DNA of 64,000 bases from Gigantopelta aegis (lineage: Eukaryota), in the NCBI RefSeq assembly GCF_016097555.1, contig NW_024532772.1, forward strand, positions 3,754 to 67,753. The letters run 5' to 3'. Positions 52,351 to 64,000 of the stretch are shown here, piece by piece. The translations under genes were made by a program, and so were the position numbers. The notes under the pieces are model-generated. The model saw only the letters and a list, made by a program, of their open reading frames with translations. It searched no databases and was not told the DNA's origin. Each line of letters opens with the position of its first letter. Position 1 is the first letter of the stretch.

Positions 52351-55335
52351 ATGACAAATTATAGTGTATTATTGAGTTATGTAAATCGCAGCAACTACAA
52401 TGTACTAAAGGTTCTTAGTGATAATAAAGATGTCCTCTACACTGCAGAAACAGACAGGAACCTCCCCTGACACCAGGAGAAAATGACACTGATGTCCCTC
52501 CTCCTTTTAATAGTTACTCAGGAATTGGGATCAGCTGAAGTAACCAATTATTTATCTCATGCTAACTCTCTCTCTTCTTTCTCCTTTAGGGACCTCTGGT
52601 TTTGTAAATTATGCACAATTTGAAGATTTGATTATATTACTAAAAACTTAAGTTTAAACATTACTGGTCATATTTGTATAGCAAGATATGGTAGGATATT
52701 CAGAGGAGATAAGGTATGAGAAGTCTCATAATTTAATACTTCTAGTCTGTGAATGGGACTGTGTCTGTAGGATAGCACTTTATATATTAACAGGCTCATT
52801 TAGCTCAAAGATTGGATGTACTGGATTAATCATATACTCTGATCCAGCAGACTATGCTCCCAAGGAGGTCCCGCTGTCTACCCTAATGGTCCCTAGTCTT
52901 CCTCCTGGAGGGTTGCAACGAGGGTCGTTATGATAATAAATGGAGATCCTCTTACTCCTGGAATACCAGCAGTTGGTACTATTACCTTGTTTGTCATTGT
53001 CCTTATAATCTCGTTCTCTTTCAGATGAAGTATATCGTCGATCTTATGAAGATGTTATCAGATCTGGTGATGTTCCTGCTATACCTGTTCAACCAATATC
53101 ATATGGAGATGCTGTCCATTTTATTGAAGTAACTTATAATAATAATATAATAAATGTCTGTATGTTTCTCTCTTTAGTCAATTAGATACATTTGAAATCC
53201 CATTGTCATGGAAGGGAGAACTAAATATTACCAATTACTATATCTATCAGTCTACTAGTAACACAAAGTATGTATGTCTGATCTAATGTGTGGTTTATCT
53301 TTGTTTGTTAATAGTTTAACTTTTCTTCAAGTAAATAATATATTAGAGAGAAGAACTATTAGTAATGTATTTGCTGTTTTTATGGAAAAGGTAGAACCAG
53401 GTTAGATCAATAGGGACTGTTGTACTACTTACTATCTCTCTCTCTTTCTCTCTCTTCTTCCCTCTTTCTCTCTCTCTCACTCAGATCATCTTGTTATGTT
53501 AGGTAATCATCATGATGCATGGACATTTGGAGCAGTTTATCCTATAGTGGTACTGCTGTATTAATGACATAGCTCGAGTGTTAGGTGACCTGAGGAACAC
53601 AGGTAAGAATGAGAGAGGAGAGAGGAGAGAGAGAGAGAGAGAGAGAGAGAAGAATTCTATATTTTAAAGGTTGGAGACCAGGTAGAACAGTAGTATTATG
53701 TAGTTGGGATGCTGAGGAATATGGTTGATTGTTCTACAGAGTATGTTGAGGTATATATATACAAATAGTTATATATATATATTATTTATATTATATATAG
53801 GATGTAGAGAAGTTATTAGGAGCAAATGCTATGGCTTATCTTAATGTAGATTTAGCTGTAGAAGGTAAAGACTTGATTACATTTATATAATGATAATATT
53901 ATTATAATTATATAATTATAACAATTGATGTATTTAATGATATAATACTTTTATTTTCAATCTAGGAATGGAATCTTTTTCAGCTTCTAGTAGTCCATTG
54001 TTATATGAATCTATTTACAATGCCACAAAACAAAGTTAGTGTACATTAATCTTCTGTATTTATCCAAGATGACATTTGTCCTCTAGGTAGCTTGTCCTTG
54101 TAATGATTTCCAGACTGTCTATGAACAGTGGAAGAACCATTCCAAATCTTCAAAACCAAGGTATATGTAATTGTCACATGATTATCATGTGATTTGTTAT
54201 TTAATAGGATAAATAATTTGGGTTCTGGAAGTGACTTTACTTTCTTTATTCAAAGTGTGGGAGGTGGACCAGCTGTGATATAGATTAACAGGTACCATGT
54301 CCATCCATTTCTAATAATGTATTTGTCCATTTAATTTGAACTTATCAAGCCATTTTGTATTCATCAATCCATTTAGAATAGTTACGATTATTTTGTCTAT
54401 CATTCTGTTCATGACAATTTTTATTGGATGAGTCATTTTGGTGATCCTGACTTCACACATCATAAAGCATTAGGAGAGGTGTGGTTAACTGTTGCCATGG
54501 CACTATCAACCACACCCATTCTTCCTTACAATCCAATTGATTATTCAGAGAGATTAATGGAACTATATAATGAGTTACAGACAACATATGGTAGTCAATT
54601 ACAACATCATAATATATCACTGGTAAGATGTCCTCCTGATATATACATATATATTATAATATGTCATATTAACTCTTACATGTTATATATATATTATATT
54701 AGTATATTAGTTAATGACATAAGAGATCATATAAATTATTGTATTAATAATGTCATTTGTTCTATAGAGTTCCTTTACTCTTGTTTAACTGACTTTTCAA
54801 CAGCTGCTACCAATCTCATAATACACTCATAAAATATGCTGACACAGACAAGTAATAGTAATTCCAGTAGTTATTAACTATATCTTTGTCTCTGTATTGT
54901 AGTGAGAATATAGTTAGAATACTTAACAATAAACTAATGAATATAGAGAGATCATTTATTTTACCAGAAGGATTACCAGGACGACCATATTATAAGTAAG
55001 TAATAATACTCTATATATATGTACTTCACTAAGAAACAATGGTTGATCCTTCTATCTGTCCATTCTTTTCTCTATTCATCCATTCATTTATACCTTAATA
55101 TCTCTTTCTCTCTTTCTTTCTCCATACAGACATGTTATATTTGCTCCTAGTTCAGTCAATTCGTATGAAGGGGTCGTTCTTTTTTCCAGGAGTAGTAGAT
55201 AGTATCTTTAATGCTACACATTAGAAGATTGGAATGAAGTACATCATCAGCTGGATATAGTAGCTATCCATGTACGCTATGCTACACAAATTATGAATCA
55301 ACCCAGTATTAAATGGGTTAATTAATTAATTAAAC
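51871..55335 (+). CDS. GCPII / NAALADase-like copy C (M28 peptidase, transferrin-receptor family; type II membrane protein). Multi-exon with a start codon. Several exons carry 1-bp indels, so it may itself be a pseudogene
   Basis: Exon 1 ORF 51871-52179 gives MADKGG...cytoplasmic tail..[22 protein letters not shown] (TM)..ESTEP. Exon 2 (from about 52247) ...[19 protein letters not shown]...[14 protein letters not shown] matches GCPII HLAGTEQN...YDVLLSYPN. 52688 [22 protein letters not shown]...[10 protein letters not shown] matches GAKGVILYSDPADYFAPGV...LPGGGVQRGN. 52940- [12 protein letters not shown]|intron|[11 protein letters not shown]. 53510- [12 protein letters not shown] (zinc-ligand region, with indels). 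54428 [50 protein letters not shown]. 54890- [31 protein letters not shown]. Stop near 55333. Confidence 0.7.
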
Positions 55336-56048
55336 TAATTGAAAAAATTGTTGAATGTGTTAATTGAATTGACTTACTAATTATTACAAAATTTATAATG
55401 CTGTTTAATTTATAACTTATTATTAAATAGTTATTATTTTACACTATTAGTTGCAATTTTCCTTTTTTCCAGTTAATTGATTATTATTATTATGTTATAA
55501 TCAGGTACTTTTGATCATAAGTTATTGGAATAATTAACACTTTTAAACTAAATGTACATTTGTCTTATTATACTATTAATCAATTGAACAATTGATTTTG
55601 CCCAGCAGGAGCTCGTCCCCAAACCTACATGTCTTCATGTATGCCTGCATAGGAATGAGGATAGATATGACTATATGTCAGATAGATTGCTATTTTGCAA
55701 AGTTCAAGTTTAATGTTACCTTTTCATTATCTGTTGGATTAGATAAATATAGTAGAATACAACAAACTACTAGAAGATTCTTATCAGCTCATGAAATTGG
55801 CTTCTTCTTTCAATAGAAGAGCACAAAATATATGTGCACTAGTGATAGTAAATTAAACCCTCTAAAAATCCCTTAAATTTGTACTTATTGTAGAGTATTA
55901 TTGACTAGCTATATATTCATCTAGTTCAACAAGATAGAGGTAGTTAGTATTATTGACTATCTAGTTCAACAAGATAGATTATGGTACATCTACTATATGT
56001 TATACCTAATCACAACAAAGGTCACTTTTGTTTAGTTGTTTATCTAGT

Positions 56049-56165
56049 AGTTCTTGGTATAACTTGATTATGATGACATCAGAGTGATGTCATCATAATG
56101 ATGACCACATCCATGTAAGCCATTAAACCCTATGACACATATCATAGTACAAGTTATACCAAGAA
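56049..56165. repeat. Nested inverted repeat / hairpin (outer arms cttggtataacttg...caagttataccaag; inner near-perfect 33-bp palindrome attatgatgacatcaGAGtgatgtcatcataat)
   Basis: Read directly. Confidence 0.8.
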
Positions 56166-56849
56166 GCACTTGTGTTACAATTACTAAAAATTCAGCAGAA
56201 AGTCCATGAATCTGGTTCTGATTCCAATCATCTAAAACTATTTACACAATAAAGTATGGACAGATCTCTTGACACTTTGCTATGAAAGTGTCATGATATG
56301 ATAACGGATCTCTCTTATTATAACATAATATTTTCAATTATTGCAGATTACAAGTTTTTAAAATAAATTTTAGTACAAGTTGTAATTGATAATATGTGTC
56401 GAAAGAAAAGAACCAAAAAATTGAAAACGTTATACAAAAAATAAATTATCAGTCATAACGAGGGCCTATTAATTAATGTATACCATTGTTAGTATTATTA
56501 TTATTTTCAGTTATTTTGTAAACATGTATATGAATAAATCATACATTTTTCGAGGGAAAAAATTTCAAAATTATAATATCATAATTAATTAATTAATTAA
56601 TTATATTAATTAATTAATTAATTAACCTCTACTTTTTGATGAGGGCACTTGTTTAAGTAGAGGTTGTGCTGAAGTTGATAAGAGAACTGTTTTGAGTGGA
56701 TTGATAGCTAGACACCTAAGAAAGAGAGAGAGAGAGAGAGTCTCAACTAGTAATCCCCATAGTAGAAATATACTACATTAACTTAAAGGAATAAATTCAC
56801 TAATTTATTTATAGTTATCAAATCAACTATCTCATTACTATGTGTAATC

Positions 56850-58707
56850 CCAGGGGCATACCTGTTGTACCCGTTAACGGTGTACTATTGGGATGATTCC
56901 CTAGGAGATAATCCGCTAGGTGGAGAATATACTGAACCCATTCCATCGCCACTGTTACTGGAATAGCTCGGTAGGCATAGGGAAGCCTTGAGGTGGGGAA
57001 CCAGTTGGTGACATATCTATGGGTTTACTCATAATAGCCAAACCTGATGAGAAATACTCATTCATATGCATGTCCATATATGGTTATATGTATCTATAAA
57101 TCATTCATCCATCCATCTATCCATTAATCTTTTTATTCATCTAAACAAACTAGCATAATATGTACCTTGAAAGTGTTCGGAGAGATAATCAGGTGACCCC
57201 AAGGAGGAGGGATCAGGAATGCCTCTCACCGAAATATGGTCCTGGAAATCCCGAGGGATAAAATGGAGGAGCAGGCATGTTGGTGTCTCCATGGTAACTA
57301 TAACCTCCATAATGAAGCTAAAAATTACACAATTTTTAACATTGAATAATCATACAATTAGAATTGTGTATTTGTAAGTATGTGTATTTCTCTGCTAGGC
57401 TATTTACCTGGGGGGTGAGAAACTCATGGGACTCATTTTCCCTCGTTTTATTGCCTCCCGAGCATCATTGGTGTACTAAAGATATCTAAGTAGAAAAGAG
57501 GGGAGAGAGAGAGAACATTATTTTACACAGGAAGTTCCAATGATGTATGTGGTCAATAGACTAGTAATCAGTGGTCATTATATCAGACCACAAGTACACA
57601 CACCAAATACCATAGCAATTAGAATACAATCTAGAAATGCTTTTTATAATATAACAAACAATTGAAAAAGATTTGAAAATGAATAAGAGAATTTACAATA
57701 GGAGTATTGTTACAGTATAGACAGGTAGTGCGGCCAATACCGATAGGTAGTATGAGGATTAAAATGGAGGATAAGTTGGTGAGTAATTGAAGGCTGCAGC
57801 TGCTGATGCGTGATGGTGTAGAGAGTACAATATATATTATAAATATAATTATACTAAATGTTTTTATACTTATAGGGTGTGGGTTCTTACCATAGCTATG
57901 ACTCAAAGCAGCTGCTCTAGCCTTGTCAGCTTGTGTGCGAGAGCTTCTTTAGTTTGAGCCACTTTAACTTCAACCTGATCAAAATTTTTCTTTATTACAT
58001 TGTCCCTGTCTAAATCACTGTCATTTATATCTACTCATCAATTCTCTTTACCTTCTGTTCTTGAGATCATGAAATTGAATACTGCAGACTTTGGCAGCAG
58101 GGCCAGGTTTCTCAAAAGTCACAAACCCCAAATCCTAAAGAATAAGAATGGAAATCAGCCCCCATGATATACAATACAGATCTTAATAGTATCACAAGTT
58201 CACTATAATATCAATCTTTTTTTTATGACATACCTCTGTGTCTGTTTGGGTGTTTGTGTACATCATACATCATCTGAACTTCTTCGATCTAAAGAGAGAG
58301 AAACCCGGAGAGAGAGAAACATTGCAAGTAAGTTTTTAATGATGCTTATTAAGAAAACCATATAATTAAGCTAATTCAATAATGAGTATAATTAACATTC
58401 CTTTAATCACATACTCTGTATTATATATTAGTGATATTTACATCAAGATGAAACAATTTAAGATACAATTAAGATCAGATGATATTGTGGTCTATATTTG
58501 ATTATTTGAATACAAACAATTCACAAAATGAAACCAAAAAAGGAAATAAATAAATAAAAATATTATTGGATTGTCTTACATTGCCAAATTTGGAGAAGAA
58601 ACTCCTTCATATCATCTTCATCAGTATCAGAACTTAGACCACCTACGAAAATCCTACGAACCTATATCAGAAATAAATTTAGTCATTAAGTGTAGTAATA
58701 TGATGGT

Positions 58708-58751
<44 letters not shown>

Positions 58752-61700
58752 GGAAGGAGAGAGAGAGAGAGGAGAGAGAGAGAGAGTCATTCAGTCAGTA
58801 CACATATAATTTTATTGCAATATTTTTAAAACTATTGTTGTCATAAATATATACAAGTTTCTTTTGATGATCTGTCTGTCCTGAAGACTGTCAAAAATGT
58901 CACACTTTACTGAAGCTAGTACTTTCCCTTCCACTCAAATTACAAAATAAACAGTAAACACTTAAACAAATAAGTTAACATTTATGGAACACCCAATACA
59001 ATATAATCTTTGTATACAAACAAACCACCTACATACATGTACATTTACATACATGTACAACATTTAACTTCATTTGTGTATATATATTACAGTAGTATTG
59101 TTTTTGATTAGTTCTCAAACACATTTCCTCTAACTATCCAATATCCTCTTTGCAACCAGAACTACAGTCAAGTCACACAAAATAAACTTATACATGTAAA
59201 ATAACACATTCCATAACTCCCTAAGTTTTCATAACTGAACTCCAGCAGCTTGGAACACAGCCAAATAAGGACAATAAGGACTGTACCATATAAATAGAGT
59301 GTATTACAATGCTAACATCCAATATATAACACTGTAACTTGATATTATTATTTTTGAATTTAGTTAAGCCACGCCCAGCAAGCTACACTAGCATTTAATG
59401 ATTATTCATAGCTATAGCTTGTATCTTGTTTATTGTATTCAAAGACTGTTTGAATTTTAAACATCATTTAAAGATCAGCTCACTGATAAGAACCAGGTTA
59501 CAAGAAATAAGAATTATATTAACAATATTCATGTCAAATGTAAGAATGACCTTTCTTTACAGGAATGTGTCTACATTTACATCATCAAAATTATAAGTAT
59601 ATTTTACTTCTACATGTATAAAGGCACACACACACACATAGATATATCAAATTGATCAACTCCACTAACTACATATATCATTCTGATATCACGTCAAATA
59701 GAGTAGAATTTTCCTTTATAAGTAATCGTAATGAAAAGGTCCTTCCTTTCAAAGGTTAAAATAAATACAGGAAAGCGCTGTGGATATTAGCTTCAATAGT
59801 AAGATAATTCTTAAATCAGAGGTACTCCCAAAGAGAACCATTACTTAGAGAGAACCCTTTACTTAGAGAGAACCCAAAAGGCTGAGTATAACTGTGATAT
59901 AATAACAACTAGTTTAAACATTGGCTATAACTCTCAGTATAGTTGCCAGATAACTTGGTCACTACTATAGTAATGATATAGCATTCAAATGTCTTCAATA
60001 TGAAAACTGTCATCTCATCTAATAGTGTATTACTAATAGTAGACAATTAAGTTAAAAAGAGATAACATTTTCCTAATAGTGTCAAGTTGTCCACACTCTA
60101 AACTAATATAGTTCATAAATTGTTGCAGCCTTAAGATTGTATAGGCTCTATTGAATGTTACTAATAGTCTCAGCTTGTCATCTATCTACCAGGACACTCT
60201 GATAAAACAAACCAGCCCTCTATTCTCTTCACTCCACTACAAATTTTTTAATAGAGGAATTTAATATTGAAGAGTATGCCATCAGTTTTTTACAAACAAG
60301 TGATAAGATTGATCAAACTCATTGAAAGTTAGCTGCCCATTACTGATAATATGTTATGATAATAATATAATATAATAAGTATGTAGATTTGATATGATCT
60401 ATGGCACATTAATAGCATATAATAATGATATACTACTGTAGCTATGATACTAGGAATTAATGTAAGATGACTGCTCACATTGACATTGTATTAAAGTTAA
60501 AAAGAGACATTTTTTTACATTCAGTGCTACTGACCTGAGATACTGGTGTTGGTCTAGATCCATTTCTTTTAGGAACAGCCATTTCTTAGCAAAGTTTAGG
60601 ATCAAATCTATCAAAGGAAATACAATCAATCATAAGTTATCATACAGGTAGTTGACTCTAGTTAGATCAATAAACATAGACTAGATATCTTCTCAAATAA
60701 GGACAACAACAACAACACCACGTCATATTTCTCTTGATATTATTATCAAGCCTCAAGTTTCACTAAAGTAGATTAAATATTGACAGAGTTTGATAACTGT
60801 CATTGAATGGGAACTTGGTATGTTGTTACTAAGTGTATTGTGATAAACACAAAGTCAGTATTGATGGAGTACATGAAATACCAATGGTACTCCAATATAT
60901 AATTGTTGTTGATAAAAATTATCGACAGTACTAGCTTTAGTCTTTGATGATGTTTCATATCATGTAACAGTGTGTATGACAAAGTTATTAGACTATATTA
61001 AGTTACTGTGGTTAGTACATATTATAGGCTATCTTGAGTCATTGTGGTAAGTACTGATGTTCACTAGTCTAGAGCTTACTGATGGTAGCTATCCTAGGTC
61101 ATTGTAGTAAGTACTGATGTTCACTAGTCTAGAGCTTACTAATGGTAGCTATCCTAGGTCACTGTGGTAAGTACTGATGTTCACTAGTCTAGAGCTTACT
61201 AATAGTAGCTATCCTAGATCACTGTAGTAAGTACTGATGTTCACTAGTCTAGAGCTTACTAATGGTAGCTATCCTAGATCACTGTGGTAAGTACTGATAT
61301 TCACTAGTCTAGAGCTTACTAATGGTAGCTATCCTACTGTTGTTCACTAGTCTAGAGCTTACTAATGATAGCTGTTATTGGATAGAGTTTATTGATGATT
61401 ATAAAGCAGTAATGGTCACAATTGATAAAGTATACTTCTCAGTTTTTAAGTAATCCTCCAAACCCTTTATAAAAACTATCGCAATTATCAAATTGTAAAC
61501 TAATAGAAGCCAAGTTAACTAACAAGACCATTAACAATATACACATATCGCTACTACTTTGTACGCATATTTTATACATGACTTGTGTACATTTGAATGG
61601 ACACATTTAAATAACTTTCAATATAGTATAATGGTCAAATTGAGTTATCAAGATTATATGCTCATCACCAAACATACACTAAATGACCACAATCCAGCAC

Positions 61701-62454
61701 TTCCTTAAATGGAAAATACACGGCAGTTTACATGACAATTTTGGGTAGCTACTGCAAGCTAGTTGTGATGGGGACATTACTGACACTTTAATACAATGTA
61801 TTGAGAATTAGCATCTAATCTATCTTACCACATCACTATACTAAGTGTTAATATTAAGAAATAACAAGCTCTGTTAATTAGTACTTCGTTGCTATGGTGA
61901 TCTAGAAAACAACTATCACTAACAAAGCTAGTGAACATTATGAGTCAAAGTCATCGTCCTATTAGAGACTCTTAGTATATTATATGATAGTCAGTAGGCT
62001 TATTTATAAATGGCAGTCAAATTTATAAGAACTCACAAGTTTTTCGTCAATTACTAGAGGGTTCTCAGCATGAGCATCCAAAATATATTGTACTGTTTCA
62101 GCATCTTTAAAAGTAATGAAACCAAAACCACTAGAAGAAAAGAAAAGAAGAAGAGAAGAAAGACAAGGAGAGAGAAATACAATTAATGATAATGAAACTA
62201 TATCTTTTCCTCTTAGACTTCTCTAAACACATACAAATTTCACTGAATGAATGTATGTATACAAAGTGTGTAGAACTAATGATAAAGGATGAAAAACTAA
62301 CAATGTTAGTCAACTGATGTTTAGATAGTTAAATGTCAGTAACTAACATGTTATAATTTATAACACTCACCGTGAACGTTTAGCTTGATCTTTCATAATT
62401 GTACATTCCAAAATGTCTCCAAACTCAGCGAAAAATGTGCAAAGTGTTTCTGCA

Positions 62455-62487
<33 letters not shown>

Positions 62488-63311
62488 TGGAGAGAGATAG
62501 AAAAAGAGAGAGAGAAAGAACATTTTAAAATTGACATACAAATCTATTTTACATCACAAGTACACATAATTATAAATCAAAATTGGTCACTTAAACCACT
62601 TGTAAGACTCACCCATAATGAATACTATAATTAACTGAATGAGATAAGGTTTCAATTCATGCCTAAAGCATGGTAGTTGTATGCTTTAGACATAAGTATC
62701 ATACCACACACATTCTCTAGGGCTGGTATCAAGTACACATATCTTAAAGTCAATACTTATATCCTGAGTCTGATACCACAATTAAGACTGATACCTATAC
62801 TCGTAATCTGGCTAGCATCCACAAACATTGTACTATGGGTCAGAACATATCACTAGTAATGGACTAAAAAGGTGGCAATAACCATTAACTATCTTGTCAA
62901 GTTTACGCAAACATAATACATACCTTCAGTTGTCTCCAAGTTGAGAGCACCTACAAATAGTTTGCTAAAAAATATAGTGCAGAGAAATGATCAGTTTAGT
63001 GTAGCAGAAACAGATACAATAATTCACTCAGTCTGTTATATATAATAATTTTGTGTATTTTCACTTTATAATATTATGTATTATCCAATAGTGAGCAAGC
63101 ATATAATTCTCTTTGATAAACTACAAAGAAATAACCATAACTAGATATTTCCCAGTGAAAACATTTTAGCTGTGAATTAAATAATTAACTCACTTGTGTT
63201 GGCTGTCTTCACAAGCTGGGGGGCTTTCTGGTGGAGAAGGAGAGCAAGTATCTGAGCTATTCGTCTTCTCGGTGACTTTGTCCTCTTCTGGTTGCAAAGT
63301 TAGACTCGAAG
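56850..63311 (-). CDS. Multi-exon gene for a two-RRM RNA-binding protein (Musashi / hnRNP-A/B / DAZAP1-like) with an Ala/Pro/Gly/Tyr-rich C-terminal region
   Basis: Minus-strand exons with GT/AG borders: 63195-63311 (MPVPSSLTLQPEEDKVTEKTNSSDTCSPSPPESPPACEDSQH), 62925-62964 (KLFVGALNLETTE, RNP-2), 62371-62439 (TLCTFFAEFGDILECTIMKDQAKRS), 62017-62130 (RGFGFITFKDAETVQYILDAHAENPLVIDEKL, RNP-1). RRM2: 58580-58653 (IFVGGLSSDTDEDDMKEF..), 58224-58278 (IEEVQMMYDVHKHPNRHR), 58071-58153 (GFGxVTFEKPGPAAKVCSIQFHDLKNR), 57891-57974 (VEVKVAQTKEA...). Further low-complexity C-terminal exons lie at 56850-57830 (..LHYGGYSYHGDTNMPAPPFYPSGFPGPYFG..). Confidence 0.75.
58706..58790. repeat. (GA)n compound microsatellite (intronic)
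   Basis: Read directly. Confidence 0.9.
61028..61370. repeat. Minisatellite: ~60 bp unit x ~6 (agctatcctaggtcattgtagtaagtactgatgttcactagtctagagcttactaatggt), intronic
   Basis: Read directly. Confidence 0.9.
62017..62964 (-). CDS. RRM1-coding exons of the RNA-binding protein gene (three exons, phases consistent)
   Basis: Splice phases join cleanly: ..SQHN|KLFVGALNLETTE|TLCTFFAEFGDILECTIMKDQAKRSR|GFGFITFKDAET... Canonical RNP-2 and RNP-1 are both present. Confidence 0.8.
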
Positions 63312-63800
63312 GAACCGGCATGTTGAGCAATTATATCTGAAATTATAGTTGTAGTGAGAAGACTTTCAGGGGCAGTGACAGGTTGTCTAAGTTCGTTGTT
63401 ATTAGTGACAGTGTTATAGCGTTTTTTTCTAGTGTTTTTTGTCCAGTAGACAGGTGAAATAAATTTGCTTTTTGTAGGGATAGTGGACGGGAGGTAAGTG
63501 AGACTAATACAAATAGTTGTGGAAGTGAGTTTGACGTGGAAGAGTGTTAAAAACTGCAGCGACGCAACTTGCACTACAATCTAAAGCTAAGAAAAGACGT
63601 AGAGAGAGACGGACGATTGCACTAAACTTCAGACTAAAGCGAAGGACACTACGACAGCACAGCACACACAGCTAAAGAACACTGCACTAACAACACACCA
63701 ACTAACTGCAGAACCCTGGCCTGTGAATGGCTGTTCTAAACGTAGTTGTGGGAGTATTAAATGCCAGCAGTAAGCGGAAATTGAGCGTGGGAGGTAGGAT
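63312..63800 (-). promoter_or_regulatory. GC-richer 5' region (putative promoter / 5'UTR) of the RNA-binding protein gene
   Basis: The local rise in G+C and CpG (gcgacgcaacttgcac...agacggacgattgcac...gcgaaggacactacgacagc) contrasts with an AT-rich background and sits immediately upstream of the inferred ATG at 63311-63309. No TATA box was verified. Confidence 0.4.
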
Positions 63801-64000
63801 TTTCTCTATGAATAAAATTATTTGCCGTCAATGAAGATTAAAAATAAAATATATATTATTTAGTTAAGACACGTTTCAAGAGTTTTAAAATCTGGTCTTT
63901 CTCGAAGTTCCTTCATTCCGTGAGCATATGGGCATTGATCAGATAGTAAACGCGGACAGCCTTGTGGATGATGGTCATAAAACCAGCATAACTTCGTTTT

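Noticed and set aside
55592-55816. 74-aa ORF downstream of GCPII copy C
   Set aside because: No recognisable motif, AT-rich flanks and no splice signals. Treated as a random ORF.
63257-63574. 105-aa - strand ORF at the 5' end of the RRM gene
   Set aside because: A different frame from the one that splices in phase into RRM1 (MPVPSSL... from 63311). Most of it is 5'UTR/promoter sequence.

Overview
This window is eukaryotic nuclear DNA: AT-rich, with short GT..AG introns, microsatellites, minisatellites and no operon structure. It is not prokaryotic and has no CRISPR array. Most of the window (about 6.9-47.6 kb) is a head-to-tail tandem array of at least seven paralogous gene units on the + strand. 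Each unit encodes an N-terminal death-domain (DD)-like exon (sometimes two), a conserved middle region of about 250 aa, a long ankyrin-repeat array and an acidic C-terminal tail.

Six of the units are heavily decayed pseudogenes with frameshifts every few tens of bp. The last unit (38.3-47.6 kb) is the best preserved. It carries roughly 75 ankyrin repeats, still with a frameshift every 200-700 bp.

The spacers between units carry relics of a second gene on the - strand. This gene is a glutamate-carboxypeptidase-II / NAALADase-like M28 peptidase (transferrin-receptor family, type II membrane protein). At 48.3-55.3 kb it forms a near-complete inverted duplicate pair, a palindrome of about 7 kb. 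Copy C (+ strand) retains the start codon and transmembrane exon.

The 3' end of the window (56.8-63.3 kb, - strand) holds a multi-exon gene for a two-RRM RNA-binding protein of the Musashi/hnRNP/DAZAP1 type. Its first RRM is intact, and a GC-richer putative promoter lies upstream.

A roughly 1 kb poly(C) tract lies at 1.7-2.7 kb. Every coding region in the window carries single-base indels, so the sequence may come from an error-prone assembly. All coordinates are approximate. Exon boundaries were read by eye.
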